From assembly GCA_963719515.1 (NCBI GenBank), contig CAVRCJ010000013.1:168063-232062 (forward strand): 64,000 nt of DNA, written 5' to 3'. The DNA is from an uncultured cyanobacterium (lineage in GTDB: Bacteria > Cyanobacteriota > Cyanobacteriia > CAKZMO01). Shown piece after piece: positions 51,770 to 63,010 of this stretch (positions are counted from its first letter, which is position 1; each line of letters starts with the position of its first letter). The position numbers and the translations under genes are program-made. The notes below the pieces were generated by a model. That model did no database searches. It saw only the letters and a list, made by a program, of their open reading frames with translations, and was not told the DNA's origin.

Positions 51770-54700
51770 ATGACGAGTCAACTGCCTCAAAAATTTGTCG
51801 AGGGCGAGCAAAACCAGTTTTTGGGAGTCCCCACCAACGGTTACCATCAAACAACTGTACCAATGCGTGTTGAGCCCACCCCTCAACCTCGTAGAAGTAC
51901 GTCAAAGTTCCAGTGGTTTTACGACCTTCCGGTTCGACAAAAGCAGCTGGGTGGGTTGTTTACGTCTGAAGTGATCTCCGTCTTGGGTTTGATGGGGGTC
52001 GGAACCTATCTAATCGTCTCAGGCGGACGGGCACAGCTGCTCAATCAGTCTGAGGCAGAGCTGGCGGTCAATGATATCGCCTACAACATCAAGATCAACC
52101 AGATGGGATTTGGCTTTCGAGGCCAAGCTGATAACGCGGCTATTATTAACGCCGCTATTCAGGCCGCAGGGAGTAATACGGTTCCACCCGAAGCGCTTGC
52201 CCAAGTTGAGGGCATTCTCCAAAATGAGATCAAGGCGCGAAATATTGAGTATGCAACGCTCGTTGGCCCCGATCGCCGCATTATTGCCAGCGCCAATGCT
52301 AATCGGCGGGGAGAGGAGTTTGATCCAGAAGGGCTCGTCAGCAGCGTCTTGGGAAATCCCCAGCAGATCAAGACTAGCGCCATTGTGGGTTGGGAAGAGC
52401 TGCAACGAGAGAACCCACCCCTTCCAGAAGGCTTTAGTGGCCAAGATGCGCTGATTCGCTATACCTTTACGCCAGTCGTAGATCCCAACAGTCAGGCTGT
52501 AATCGGTGCGCTTGTTTCCGGCGACATTGTCAACAACAAGTCTGCAATTCCCCAAAGCACTCTAGAGGCGTTTGACAGCGGCTATAGCGCGGTTTACATG
52601 CGCCAGGCCAACGGCACCTATACCTTGGCCAGCTCTCTAGATATGGCCGGGGCAGCGGATGTCCAGCAGTCTACCGTCAACGTACCGCTGCCTGAGCCCT
52701 CCATTCTAGAATGGGCCACAGAGGCTGCGGGTAGCGTCGTGACAGACAGGACAACCATTGGCGATAACACCTACACCGTTGCCGCTGAGGCTATCAGCAA
52801 TTTCAACGGTGAACCCGTAGCGGTGATTGTACGAGGAACGGCGGAAGACTCCCTCAATACCCTGCTGGGCAACAGCCTCAAAATTCAGCTGCTGATTGCA
52901 GCGATCGCCCTTGCTGCCGACGTGGTGCTGGCGACGCTGCTGGGCCGCAGCATCGTTGCCCCGATTTCGCGACTCAAACGGGTGACCAGTCGCTTTACCG
53001 AGGGCGATCGCAACGCCCGGGCCGATGTCCAATCGCGAGACGAAATTGGTCAGCTGGCCGGTACGTTCAACCAGCTCGCCGACCAAATCGAGCTGCGAGA
53101 AGGGAGCTTGGTGGCAGAACAGCAGCGGCAGCAACAGGCGGCAGAGCGCTCACGAATGCTCTCAGACTTGACCCTGCGTATCCGCCGAACCCTCGACTTC
53201 GACACGATTCTGGCGACCTCCGTCGAGGGCATTCGCGAGGTGCTTGCGACAGATCGGACGCTGATCTATCGGTTTAACCCTGATCTGAAGAGTGGCTATG
53301 TTTCGGCGGAGTCCGTGGGGCGCGGCTGGAAGCGGGCCAAAGGACAAACCATCGAAGATCCGCTCACGCCGGAGGCGCTAGATCGCTACTACAGCGGGAT
53401 TGTCTCTGTTCGAGAAAATGTACAAGAAGATGAGGTCAGCACCTGCCACTGCAGCATTCTTGACGACCTAGACGTCAAAGCCAACATGGTGGCTCCGATT
53501 CTAATTGGTGATGAGCTGATTGCCCTACTGTGCGTTCACCAATGTTCTGGCCCTCGCGCCTGGGATGACGGCGAGAAAGACCTGCTGCAGCAGGTCTCAG
53601 CTCAGATTGGCTATGCCCTGCGACAGGCTCAGTTCCTAGAGCAGCAGGAAGGGGCTGCCGAGCGAGAGCGCACCCTCAACGAAATCGTCTCGGAGATGCG
53701 CAGCTTTCTCGACAAAGACAGGATTTACCGCACCGTGGTCAATCAAACCCGCAAGGCTCTTGAGAGCGATCGCGTCGGCGTCTATCTCTTTAATGAGGAC
53801 TGGTCTGGCAGCTTCATTGCTGAGTCGGTAGATGCTAACTACCCAGCTGCTTTAGGGGCTCAAATCGCAGACCCCTGCTTTGCCGATAAGTACGTCGAGA
53901 AGTACCGTCGAGGACGGGTACAGGCCACACCTAATATTCACGAGGCCGGGTTAACTGAGTGTCATCTCAAGCAGCTCGAGCCCTTTGAGGTCAAGGCCAA
54001 CATCGTCGCGCCTATTCTGATTGAGGAGAAACTCATTGGACTGCTCATTTCCCATCAGTGCTCTGCGCCGCGCGTTTGGACTGACGATGAGATCAGCCTG
54101 TTCCGCCAGGTGGCACTGCAGCTTGGGTTCGCCATAGAACAGTCAGAGTTGTTCACCGAGCGAGAGCAAGCTCAGCAGTCCGCTGAAGTGCTGTTGGCTG
54201 AGCAGCAGCAGCGAGCAGAAGCCCTGCAAAAGCAGCTGGTAACCCTACTGGGAGAAGTTGAAGGCGCGGTCAGCGGTGACCTTACGGTACGCGCTGATGT
54301 GACCGCCGATGAAATCGGAATTGTGGCCGACTTCTTTAACTCAATTGTGGAGAGCCTGCGTCAGGTCGTGATCAACGTGAAAGACGCAGCGACCCAGGTC
54401 AACAGCTCGCTGGGTGAGAACAGAGGTGCAATTGGTGACCTAGCGGAGGCTGCCCTCAAACAGGCAGAAGACACCACCCGCACCCTAGACTCGGTGGAGC
54501 AAATGACCCAGTCGATTCAGGTGGTAGCCGCTAACGCTCAGCAGGCCGCGGTCGTTGCCCGTCAAGCGTCTGATACGGCTGCGTCAGGAGAGGCGGCTAT
54601 CGACTCCACAGTGCAAAATATTCTCAGCCTGCGGGATACGATTTCAGAGACGGCAAAGAAAGTGAAGCGGCTGGGTGAGTCTTCCCAGCAGATCTCTAAG

Positions 54701-55213
54701 GTGGTCTCGCTGATCAATCAGATTGCGCTACAGACTAATCTGCTGGCCATCAACGCCGGAATTGAGGCGGCTCGCGCCGGTGAAGAAGGACAGGGCTTTG
54801 CGGTAGTCGCAGAAGAGGTCGGGGAGCTTGCAGCCCGCTCTGCTACAGCGACCCAGGAGATTGAAAAAATTGTGGAGACGATTCAGCTGGAAACCAGTCA
54901 GGTGGTCTCGGCCATGGAGGAGAGCACGACGCAGGTGGTGGAAGGCACCCAGCTGGTGGAAGGGGCTAAGCGCAGCTTGAACCAGATTTTGGCGGTGTCT
55001 CAGCAGATTGACCAGCTGGTGCAGTCGATTTCAGCAGCTACGGTCTCGCAGGCTGAAACCTCTGAAGCGGTCTCCCAGCTCATGCGTCAGGTCGTGAATG
55101 TTTCAGAGCAAACCTCCACATCGTCGCGCCAAGTCTCCCTCTCGATTCAAGAAACCGTGAACATTGCCCAGGAGCTACAGGTCTCTGTAGGTACCTTCAA
55201 GGTCAGCTCATAG
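51770..55213 (+). CDS. Cyanobacteriochrome-containing methyl-accepting chemotaxis protein (PixJ-like): TM-periplasmic-TM-HAMP-GAF-GAF-MCP
   Basis: GAF2 IADPCF...GLTECHL; MCP signature [30 protein letters not shown]. Confidence 0.93.
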   Translation: MTSQLPQKFVEGEQNQFLGVPTNGYHQTTVPMRVEPTPQPRRSTSKFQWFYDLPVRQKQLGGLFTSEVISVLGLMGVGTYLIVSGGRAQLLNQSEAELAVNDIAYNIKINQMGFGFRGQADNAAIINAAIQAAGSNTVPPEALAQVEGILQNEIKARNIEYATLVGPDRRIIASANANRRGEEFDPEGLVSSVLGNPQQIKTSAIVGWEELQRENPPLPEGFSGQDALIRYTFTPVVDPNSQAVIGALVSGDIVNNKSAIPQSTLEAFDSGYSAVYMRQANGTYTLASSLDMAGAADVQQSTVNVPLPEPSILEWATEAAGSVVTDRTTIGDNTYTVAAEAISNFNGEPVAVIVRGTAEDSLNTLLGNSLKIQLLIAAIALAADVVLATLLGRSIVAPISRLKRVTSRFTEGDRNARADVQSRDEIGQLAGTFNQLADQIELREGSLVAEQQRQQQAAERSRMLSDLTLRIRRTLDFDTILATSVEGIREVLATDRTLIYRFNPDLKSGYVSAESVGRGWKRAKGQTIEDPLTPEALDRYYSGIVSVRENVQEDEVSTCHCSILDDLDVKANMVAPILIGDELIALLCVHQCSGPRAWDDGEKDLLQQVSAQIGYALRQAQFLEQQEGAAERERTLNEIVSEMRSFLDKDRIYRTVVNQTRKALESDRVGVYLFNEDWSGSFIAESVDANYPAALGAQIADPCFADKYVEKYRRGRVQATPNIHEAGLTECHLKQLEPFEVKANIVAPILIEEKLIGLLISHQCSAPRVWTDDEISLFRQVALQLGFAIEQSELFTEREQAQQSAEVLLAEQQQRAEALQKQLVTLLGEVEGAVSGDLTVRADVTADEIGIVADFFNSIVESLRQVVINVKDAATQVNSSLGENRGAIGDLAEAALKQAEDTTRTLDSVEQMTQSIQVVAANAQQAAVVARQASDTAASGEAAIDSTVQNILSLRDTISETAKKVKRLGESSQQISKVVSLINQIALQTNLLAINAGIEAARAGEEGQGFAVVAEEVGELAARSATATQEIEKIVETIQLETSQVVSAMEESTTQVVEGTQLVEGAKRSLNQILAVSQQIDQLVQSISAATVSQAETSEAVSQLMRQVVNVSEQTSTSSRQVSLSIQETVNIAQELQVSVGTFKVSS

Positions 55214-55327
55214 GCCTTGGGAGCCCATCTGCCGCTGACAATAGGGTCTACCGCTTGCCAAAGACAGGGGTATTGAGCCTATTGTCGGCCCCAATAAGCC
55301 GTTGCCATTACGTCGGAGTTGTGACCT

Positions 55328-58300
55328 ATGTCTGATAAGGAACTCGAAATCCGCTACCAGTTTCTGGACGAAGCCCAAGACTATCTCGATAATCTCGAAA
55401 ACTCTCTGCTGGGGATCGCCAGCGGTGGGGTCAACGTTCAGGCTATCAATTCGGCTATGCGGTCGGCTCACTCGATCAAGGGCGGGGCCGGCATGATGGG
55501 ATTTCAGCTGCTCAACCAGCTATCCCACCGCCTTGAGGATGGTCTCAAGGTGCTGAAGATTCAAAAGCACGCGGTCGATATCAACGCTGAACTAGAGCAG
55601 CAGCTCCTCTCGGCGGTTGATGCGCTACGCCGCATTGCCGAAAGCGATCGCCAAGGAATCCTCGTTGATTCAGCCTGGTTGGAAACCCAAGTGCTGCCTC
55701 TGTTTGACCAGCTGTACGACCGCCTTGGCGAGCCGCAAGAGGAAGATGCAGCCTCTATTTTGTCGCCTGAGGACAACCAAGATATTGTTCCGCTCCTGTT
55801 TCAAACGGAAGTTGAAGGCTGTCTAGAGCGCCTGGAGGGTGTCCTGGCGGGCGATCGCCACTGCCTTTATGAAGAAACCGAAATTTTGGCCCAAGAGCTA
55901 GGGGCGCTGGGAGAAATGCTGCAGCTGCCGGCGTTCTCTCAGCTTTGCAGCAGCGTACTTGAGGCGATTCAGGCTCAGCCAGAGCAGGTAGATGCGACGG
56001 CCTCAGCGGCGCTAGCGGCCTGGCGTCAAACTCAACGGCTCGTGCTGGCGGGCAACTACAGCGGGCTGCCGACGACAATCGCTGTCGAGATTGCCGGTAG
56101 CCCGATGCCTAGCCCTTCTCTCGTTGAGATTTCAAACGTCGATGTCTCTAACTTTGAGGGCAGCGATAGCTTTGAGAGCGGCGATAGCTTTGAAGGCGGC
56201 GATATCGATACTGCAGCCCTCAACGGGGTCGGGGCTGCCGAAGCTGAGCGAGGTACAATGCCCGACTTAGATGAGCTCGAACTAGACGAACTTGACCTCA
56301 ATCCGGTTGACCTAGACGACTCCATCAGCGATCAATCTTGGGCGGAGGCGATCGCCCAGGCCGAGATGGCTGGGGAGACCGACCTGCTCGAACAGTGGCC
56401 CCTGTCAGCTGACGGCGACACAGCGCGTTCTGAAGACTGGCCAGAGGCCGACATGCCGGTTGACGAGGGCAACATTGAGGATGTCAATACCTACGATATC
56501 CCCGGTTTAAATCGCGATGGCAGCGAAGAGGGGGGCGACAGCAATGATGACTTCGGAGAAGCGATTGAAGAATACAGCTCATCCGACCCCGCCGACTCGC
56601 TACTGCCGAATACTGAGATGGCCGTCGATTCAGCCCTTGACTACGGGCTGCCCCAATCTATCCTAATCAACGGTAGCGATGCGACGCTAGGCACATTTGA
56701 CGGCAGCGCAGATCTGCCTGCGGTGGCCGTAGGTAACGAAGGCATTGAAGATTATCACCGCAGCCCTGCTGCTCCGCCCTCAAAACCATTCGAGGCCACA
56801 GCGGCCCCTCGCCCGCAGAGCTCCGAGGTTGATGATGACACGACGGTGCGCGTCCCCATCCGCCAGCTCAAGCAGCTGAACAACCTGTTCGGCGAGTTGA
56901 CCATCGAACGTAACGGCCTCGATCTATACCTCAAGCGAATGCGGGACTTGCTCTCTACGTTGAGAGGGCGGATCAAAACCCTTGATCAAACCAACCTCAA
57001 TCTTCGCTCTGCCTACGACCGCGTTACGACCCGAACTGAAATCGAGCAGGCCACAATGGCGGTCGGTTCCCAGCCGCCGCGCCGGCAGCCAAGGCGATTA
57101 AAGCCCTCCTCGGAGGCGCTGACCGAAGCGTTTGACGTCCTGGAACTCGATCAGTACAGCGACATGCACCTTATGTCTCAAGAGGTGATGGAGACCATCG
57201 TTCAGATTCAAGAGGTCACCACCGATCTCGAGCTGAGCATGGATGATACCGATCAAACGTTTAGAGGGCTCAACAAGACGGCCAAGCAGCTGCAGACCAA
57301 GCTCACCCAGCTGCAAATGCGGCCCTTGTCTGACATCCTAGAGCGCTTTCCCCGCGCTTTGCGGAAAATGTCGCTAGAGCATGGTAAGTCGGCGGAGCTA
57401 GAGGTGCACGGCGGTAATGTTCTCATCGACCGCAATATTTTAGAGGCGCTCAACGAACCCCTGCTACACCTATTGCGCAATGCCTTCGACCACGGCATTG
57501 AGGACCCTGACACTCGCCAAGCCAACGGTAAAGCGGCTCAAGGCACCATTGAGATTCGGGCTCTCCACCGCAACAACCGCACGCTGATCTCTATTCGGGA
57601 TGACGGTAAAGGGATCAATCTCGAAAAGATTCGGGCGCGGGCTCGCCAAATGGGACTTGACGATATGCTTTTGGCGGCTGCCAGCAGCGATGAGCTGATT
57701 TCGCTGATTTTTGAGCCAGGGTTTAGCACCTCGAACAACGTCACCGAGCTGTCGGGGCGCGGCGTAGGGATGGATGTGGTGCGTGACAGCATCAAGCAAC
57801 TCCAAGGCGAGATCAGCGTTGATACTGCGCCTAGTGAGGGTACCACCATCACCCTATCGCTGCCGTTTACCCTATCGATAACGCGGGTGCTGCTCGTCGA
57901 GAGTAACGATATGATGCTGGCATTTCCGACAGATGCCATTGAGGAAATGACCTCGATCGCCAGCGAGCAGGTCTTGAAGACAATCGGCGGCGAAGCCATT
58001 GAATGGGAAGAGCAGCTCGTGCAGTTTATCCGACTTCATGAATGGCTCCGGTTCAACTGTCCGCGAGCGTTAGAGCGCCCCAGTGGAATTGCCAACATTG
58101 AGGAATCCACGGTGCTGATGGTGACCTACAGCGACCATCTCGTCGGGCTGCAGGTGGGGCGCTGTTGGGGAGAGCAAGAGGTGGCTATTCGCTACGTAGA
58201 AGGTAATCTGCCCATGCCACCAGGCTTTTCTACCTGCACCATTTTGGGAGATGGTCGGGTAGTGCCTATGGTCAACGTCGCTGAGCTGATGCGCTGGATG

Positions 58301-58795
58301 ATGAGCGACGAGCGATCGCGTCCCGCTCCCCAACCTGTTCCCCAGCTTCCTGTAGGGCAGTCCCTGCCGACTCTGCCGCCTGCTGACGACCCGGCGTTCG
58401 AGCCCAAGTCCCACAAGCCTGCCATCCTAATTGTGGATGATTCTATCAATGTGCGGCGCTTTTTGGCCCTGACCCTGGAGAAGGCGGGGTATCGGGTTGA
58501 GCAAGCCAAAGACGGTCAAGATGCCGTCGACAAGCTGTCGGCAGGGCTACCGGTGCAGGCGGTTGTCTGTGATATTGAGATGCCCCGATTGGACGGCTAT
58601 GGCGTTTTGGCGAGGGTGAAGTCGAACGCTGCTCTTGCGCATCTGCCTATTGCCATGCTCACCTCTCGCAGTGGGGACAAGCACCGCAAACTCGCGATGA
58701 GTCTGGGAGCATCGGCCTACTTTTCTAAGCCTTACAACGAGCAGGTGCTGCTCCAGACCCTACGGCAGATCGTAGAGTCAGCCGTTGTGGCTTAG
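55328..58795 (+). CDS. CheA-CheY hybrid histidine kinase (PixL-like)
   Basis: HPt AHSIKG, HLLRNAFDHGIE, DDGKGI, SGRGVGMDVV, CheW domain, C-terminal receiver; acidic low-complexity linker. Confidence 0.95.
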   Translation: MSDKELEIRYQFLDEAQDYLDNLENSLLGIASGGVNVQAINSAMRSAHSIKGGAGMMGFQLLNQLSHRLEDGLKVLKIQKHAVDINAELEQQLLSAVDALRRIAESDRQGILVDSAWLETQVLPLFDQLYDRLGEPQEEDAASILSPEDNQDIVPLLFQTEVEGCLERLEGVLAGDRHCLYEETEILAQELGALGEMLQLPAFSQLCSSVLEAIQAQPEQVDATASAALAAWRQTQRLVLAGNYSGLPTTIAVEIAGSPMPSPSLVEISNVDVSNFEGSDSFESGDSFEGGDIDTAALNGVGAAEAERGTMPDLDELELDELDLNPVDLDDSISDQSWAEAIAQAEMAGETDLLEQWPLSADGDTARSEDWPEADMPVDEGNIEDVNTYDIPGLNRDGSEEGGDSNDDFGEAIEEYSSSDPADSLLPNTEMAVDSALDYGLPQSILINGSDATLGTFDGSADLPAVAVGNEGIEDYHRSPAAPPSKPFEATAAPRPQSSEVDDDTTVRVPIRQLKQLNNLFGELTIERNGLDLYLKRMRDLLSTLRGRIKTLDQTNLNLRSAYDRVTTRTEIEQATMAVGSQPPRRQPRRLKPSSEALTEAFDVLELDQYSDMHLMSQEVMETIVQIQEVTTDLELSMDDTDQTFRGLNKTAKQLQTKLTQLQMRPLSDILERFPRALRKMSLEHGKSAELEVHGGNVLIDRNILEALNEPLLHLLRNAFDHGIEDPDTRQANGKAAQGTIEIRALHRNNRTLISIRDDGKGINLEKIRARARQMGLDDMLLAAASSDELISLIFEPGFSTSNNVTELSGRGVGMDVVRDSIKQLQGEISVDTAPSEGTTITLSLPFTLSITRVLLVESNDMMLAFPTDAIEEMTSIASEQVLKTIGGEAIEWEEQLVQFIRLHEWLRFNCPRALERPSGIANIEESTVLMVTYSDHLVGLQVGRCWGEQEVAIRYVEGNLPMPPGFSTCTILGDGRVVPMVNVAELMRWMMSDERSRPAPQPVPQLPVGQSLPTLPPADDPAFEPKSHKPAILIVDDSINVRRFLALTLEKAGYRVEQAKDGQDAVDKLSAGLPVQAVVCDIEMPRLDGYGVLARVKSNAALAHLPIAMLTSRSGDKHRKLAMSLGASAYFSKPYNEQVLLQTLRQIVESAVVA

Positions 58796-58847
58796 GGGTG
58801 ACACCTGCAGGTTTTGATTGCCCTAAGCGCTGATTGAAAGAGGACCT

Positions 58848-59462
58848 ATGGCCCATTCTTCCCGCCGTTCCCGTCGCCTCAAGGCTGGCGCTAACCAGCA
58901 GCTGATCTCATTCGTTGTGCGGGGCGAGCAGTTTGCTGTGCCTGTCGGTCTAGTCGAGAAGGTTGTGACCGTGAATCACATCTATGGAGGGCTAGACGCC
59001 AACCGACCCGGCCTGACGATGTATTCCGGTCAGCAAATCTCAGTGGTCAATTTGGGGGAGCGTCTGTTTATGACTGCGCCCCCGCCGCTGATTGAGGCGA
59101 CTCATGTCTCGCTGCAGCCGCCAGTGCTGCGATATCTTCTCATCGTTCCATCCCCCGCTCATGAACTCGTTGGCCTGCTGGTGGAAACGCAGCCAACGTT
59201 AATTCGGGTACCAACATCCGCTTTTTCGCCGGTACCTGCAACCTATCTACATGGGGGGCAGGTTCGCTACGTCGGCGCGGTCATCGATCTTCAGGCTGCA
59301 CTCGTATTTTTAATCAATATCAGCGAGCTCCTACAGCCCCAGCCCTCTAGCCTGCCGGCTGCCAGCCTTCCCGGTAGCGCAGAGGCCGGACCTAGAGCGT
59401 TAGGCCCGGCCTCCGTCGATTCAGGAATGCGCCGGCTGCTGTCATCCCCTCCAGAGATTTAG
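58848..59462 (+). CDS. CheW-like protein
   Basis: QLISFVVRGEQFAVPV...VGLLV; directly follows cheA. Confidence 0.8.
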   Translation: MAHSSRRSRRLKAGANQQLISFVVRGEQFAVPVGLVEKVVTVNHIYGGLDANRPGLTMYSGQQISVVNLGERLFMTAPPPLIEATHVSLQPPVLRYLLIVPSPAHELVGLLVETQPTLIRVPTSAFSPVPATYLHGGQVRYVGAVIDLQAALVFLINISELLQPQPSSLPAASLPGSAEAGPRALGPASVDSGMRRLLSSPPEI

Positions 59463-59472
59463 GGCGATCGCT

Positions 59473-60744
59473 CTAGCGTTGGGCTGGTGTAGGCAATTGG
59501 CCGAGCTCAACGGTCTTGGTATTGCTGGTGCCGTCTCGCTCAATCGTTAGGGTCAGGGAGCTGCCCACAGATCGTTCAGCAACCAGCGTCTGCAGATCCT
59601 CTGCATCGGCGATCGCTTCCCCGTCGATGTCGCGGATCACATCGCCTACCCGTAGGCCTGCCGCTGCCGCCGGGGAGTTGGGCACAATACGCACAATCAG
59701 CACGCCCTGCTGAGCCTCTACTTGGAAGGGGCGGTTGGGGTCCCCGTTGATTTCCTGCTTGAGGTCCGGAGTCAGACTTGCCATCTGAATTCCCAAGAAC
59801 GGATGCTCGACCTTGCCGGTTTCGATTAGCTGCTGAGCAATGCGCTGCACGGTATCAATGGGGATGGCAAATCCAATCCCCTGCGCCCCTTGAATAATAG
59901 CGGTGTTCATCCCGATCACCTCGCCTTGAGCATTGAGCAAGGGGCCCCCTGAGTTGCCCGGGTTGATGGCGGTGTCGGTCTGGATGAAATCAACCCGCTT
60001 ATCGGGAATGCCGACCTCGCCGCTGGAACGACCCGTAGCGCTGATGATGCCGGCGGTGACCGTGTTGTCTAGCCCCAAAGGATTGCCGATGGCGATCGCC
60101 CATTCGCCAGGCTGCAGGCTGGCGGCGTTAATTTTGACGCTGGGCAAATTCTCCGCCTCGACTCGAATCACGGCCACATCGGTCGTCGGGTCAGCCCCCA
60201 GCACCGTTCCATCGAGAACGCGCCCGTCCTTGAGCGTGACGCTGACGGCGTCCGCCCCGTCTATGACGTGGGCGTTAGTCAGCACATGCCCTTCATCGTC
60301 TAGAATAAACCCCGACCCCAGGCCGCGCTGAATTTGCTCCGAGGGCATATTTGAGGGCCTGTTGGGATCGCCAAACTGGCGAAAGAAGGGATCTCCAGAC
60401 GCTCCCGGTACGGCGCGAGCGACGGTCCGAGAGGCGTCAACGCGGACAACGGCTGGTCCGGCACTTTTGACGACGTCGCTGATGAAATTCTGTCTAGAAA
60501 TCGGCGGCAGCGCCGCCTGGACTGTAGATTGAGGTGCGGGCGACGGCTGTTCTGATTGCAGAGCGGATGAGGCGATCGCGGGGATGTCAATGGCCCCCCC
60601 AGACAGAACTCGGTTTCCGGCGAGGACGACGCTGGCTCCGATCAGCACCAGAGACAAAGACGCCGGTAGGCTCCAGCGGCTCCGATCAGACGACAGCGTA
60701 GCGGGACGGCTTTCAGGGAAGTTGGATGGGACGCTTGGTTTCAT
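59473..60744 (-). CDS. HtrA/DegP-family serine protease with PDZ (HhoA/HhoB-like)
   Basis: GSGFI, TNAHV, DVAVI, INPGNSGGPL, PDZ domain. Confidence 0.96.
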   Translation of the reverse strand: MKPSVPSNFPESRPATLSSDRSRWSLPASLSLVLIGASVVLAGNRVLSGGAIDIPAIASSALQSEQPSPAPQSTVQAALPPISRQNFISDVVKSAGPAVVRVDASRTVARAVPGASGDPFFRQFGDPNRPSNMPSEQIQRGLGSGFILDDEGHVLTNAHVIDGADAVSVTLKDGRVLDGTVLGADPTTDVAVIRVEAENLPSVKINAASLQPGEWAIAIGNPLGLDNTVTAGIISATGRSSGEVGIPDKRVDFIQTDTAINPGNSGGPLLNAQGEVIGMNTAIIQGAQGIGFAIPIDTVQRIAQQLIETGKVEHPFLGIQMASLTPDLKQEINGDPNRPFQVEAQQGVLIVRIVPNSPAAAAGLRVGDVIRDIDGEAIADAEDLQTLVAERSVGSSLTLTIERDGTSNTKTVELGQLPTPAQR

Positions 60745-60863
60745 GGTGGTGAAGTCAATTAGCAGTGATGGCTACTGAATTACTTAGCGTAAAAATCACG
60801 TTGCCATTGTTATCAGCTTAAGCAGGACAGTTGGCGATTGTGTGACGCCAGTGTGTCGGTTAT

Positions 60864-61100
60864 TTAGCATTGTGCGCAGCGTTGGTCGAGCTCCATCCGG
60901 GGGTTGAGGGATTAGCATTGTGCGCAGCGTTGGTCGAGCTCCATCCGGGGGTTGAGGGATTAGCACTGTGCGCAGCGTCGGTCGAGCTCTATCCGGGGTT
61001 GAGGGATTAGCATTGTGCGCAGCGTTGGTCGAGCTCTATCCGGGGTTGAGGGATTAGCATTGTGCGCAGCGTTGGTCGAGCACCACCTGGGGCTGAGAGA
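60864..61100. repeat. Intergenic tandem array of five 47-48-bp units
   Basis: TTAGCATTGTGCGCAGCGTTGGTCGAGCTCYATCCGGGG(G)TTGAGGGA starting at 60864, 60912, 60960, 61007 and 61054 (last degenerate). Confidence 0.95.
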
Positions 61101-61157
61101 TGCGCGATTCGAGGGAGCTATGCTGGTAGCGAATAGTTGCTGTATACCTTCCATTCC

Positions 61158-61595
61158 GTGGCCTATCGTAACCCTGCTCCGACAGTCGATCTGATTATTG
61201 AACTTGTAGACCGCCCCAACCGCCCGATTGTGCTGATCGAGCGTCTCAATCCCCCCTATGGATGGGCGCTTCCCGGCGGCTTCATCGACTACGGCGAATC
61301 CGCTGAGACAGCTGCTATTCGCGAGTCTAAGGAGGAGACAGGGCTAGTGGTCCAGCTCTTAGAGCAGTTTCAAGTTTACTCTTCTCCCAAGCGCGATTCT
61401 CGCAAGCACACCCTCTCTATCGTCTTTTTGGCTACGGCCCGGGGAATACCCCAAGCGAACGACGACGCCAAAGCTGTCGCGGCCCATTCCCTATGGGAAT
61501 TGCCTGCAGCACTTTGTTTCGACCATGATCAAATTCTGCACGACTACTGGTACTATCGCCAATACGGACAACGTCCAACAATACGGCTGACCTGA
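61158..61595 (+). CDS. NUDIX hydrolase
   Basis: Nudix box [27 protein letters not shown] motif. Confidence 0.93.
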   Translation: MAYRNPAPTVDLIIELVDRPNRPIVLIERLNPPYGWALPGGFIDYGESAETAAIRESKEETGLVVQLLEQFQVYSSPKRDSRKHTLSIVFLATARGIPQANDDAKAVAAHSLWELPAALCFDHDQILHDYWYYRQYGQRPTIRLT

Positions 61596-61652
61596 GAGCG
61601 ATGACCCCATGGGCCGTCTCCGCTAGCCGGGCTCTACCTTATTACCCGAACA

Positions 61653-62048
61653 ATGCCCAAATCTGTCATTCAAACCGAGCATGCCCCAGCGCCCGTCGGT
61701 CCCTACAGCCAGGCGATCGCGGTCACCGGCCAGCTATTGTTCGTTGCGGGGCAAATTCCGCTCAGCCCCCAGAGCGGAGACCTCGTCGGCGATGACGTCG
61801 CCCAGCAAACTGAGCAGGCCTTGCGCAACCTGGAGGCCGTCGTTCAGGCGGCGGGAGCAACCCTGGGTGACGTCGTCAAGACCACCGTGTTTCTGGCGGA
61901 CATGAACGATTTTGCCGCCATGAACTCGGTATACGCTAAATTCTTCGATGCTCCCATGCCCCCAGCCCGCGCCTGCGTCGAGGTGTCTAGGCTTCCCAAA
62001 GATGTGCTTGTTGAAATCGACTGTATCGCCTCTATTCCAGCGTCATGA
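61653..62048 (+). CDS. ridA: RidA/YjgF-family enamine/imine deaminase
   Basis: [36 protein letters not shown]. Confidence 0.93.
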   Translation: MPKSVIQTEHAPAPVGPYSQAIAVTGQLLFVAGQIPLSPQSGDLVGDDVAQQTEQALRNLEAVVQAAGATLGDVVKTTVFLADMNDFAAMNSVYAKFFDAPMPPARACVEVSRLPKDVLVEIDCIASIPAS

Positions 62049-62503
62049 GGTGGCTAGAACGACTTTCCTCCAACTTTTCTGACGCTTCTTTCTTGAGAAG
62101 ATTGGAAACGTTTGAGGCGCTGGTGTCAAAGGCGCTGTCGATTGCGATGGTGGTTGTACTGATTGTCGCCATTGTTGACCTGTTTATTGTGTTGTCGAAG
62201 GCGCTGATCGACCCAGCTGAAGTTCTATTCCAAAAAAATCTGTTTGCGATTTTTGGCCTTTTCTTAGACGTGCTGATCGCCTTGGAAATTCTAGAGAATA
62301 TCACCGCTTATCTAAAGCGCCATGTGGTGCAGGTCGAGCTTGTGATCGTTACGTCCTTAACGGCGGTAGCCCGCAAAATTATTATCTTTGATTTCGACAA
62401 AGCCGGCGGCGTGGAGCTGATCGGACTGGGAATCGCAATTTTTGCCCTAGCCATGAGCTACTGGATCGTGAGGCGTCTCAATTCGAATTCGGCGAGGTCG
62501 TGA
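62045..62503 (+). CDS. PsiE-family membrane protein
   Basis: [14 protein letters not shown]...AVARKIII; four TMs. Confidence 0.8.
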   Translation: MRWLERLSSNFSDASFLRRLETFEALVSKALSIAMVVVLIVAIVDLFIVLSKALIDPAEVLFQKNLFAIFGLFLDVLIALEILENITAYLKRHVVQVELVIVTSLTAVARKIIIFDFDKAGGVELIGLGIAIFALAMSYWIVRRLNSNSARS

Positions 62504-62520
62504 CGAGCGAATTGCACAAA

Positions 62521-62549
62521 GTAGGGGCATGACAACGCCATGCCCCTAC
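62521..62549. repeat. GTAG-type palindrome / terminator between convergent genes
   Basis: GTAGGGGCATG-acaacgc-CATGCCCCTAC. Confidence 0.6.
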
Positions 62550-62572
62550 AGAGTATCCTTTAGGATTTAGGG

Positions 62573-62815
62573 CTACAGAACCTGCGAAACTTCGGCAATC
62601 TCAGGAATAGACTCCCGTAACTTACGCTCGATGCCCATTTTGAGCGTCATCGTTGAACTTGGGCAAGTGCCGCAAGCGCCCTGTAGACGCAGCTTTACAA
62701 TAGGCCCATCAATGTCGACAAGCTCGACGTTACCGCCGTCTGCGATCAGATAGGGGCGTAGCTCGTCTAGAACCGTCTCGACGTTATCGTTCGTCAGCTC
62801 CATGGTTTGAGGCAT
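62573..62815 (-). CDS. nfuA: NifU-C/Nfu-family Fe-S cluster scaffold
   Basis: [14 protein letters not shown]...[20 protein letters not shown]. Confidence 0.92.
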   Translation of the reverse strand: MPQTMELTNDNVETVLDELRPYLIADGGNVELVDIDGPIVKLRLQGACGTCPSSTMTLKMGIERKLRESIPEIAEVSQVL

Positions 62816-63010
62816 AGGTCTCTCCGCGAGAAAAGCAACATACTGGTTGTTTAACTTGCCTTCATTCTAGATGACAGCGCTCCATCACGGTAGGGATGAG
62901 GGTAGTTAATTCTGTGAAGTCGTCTGGCCAGATGCCAAAAATCCAGATAGCGCGTCAAGGGTTTCCCCTGACTGCGCGCAGCTGTAGACGCCAGCTCAGC
63001 AGTCAAATCT

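Noticed and set aside
60864..61100. CRISPR array
   Set aside because: Units are contiguous and near-identical with no unique spacers, and there are no cas genes in the window
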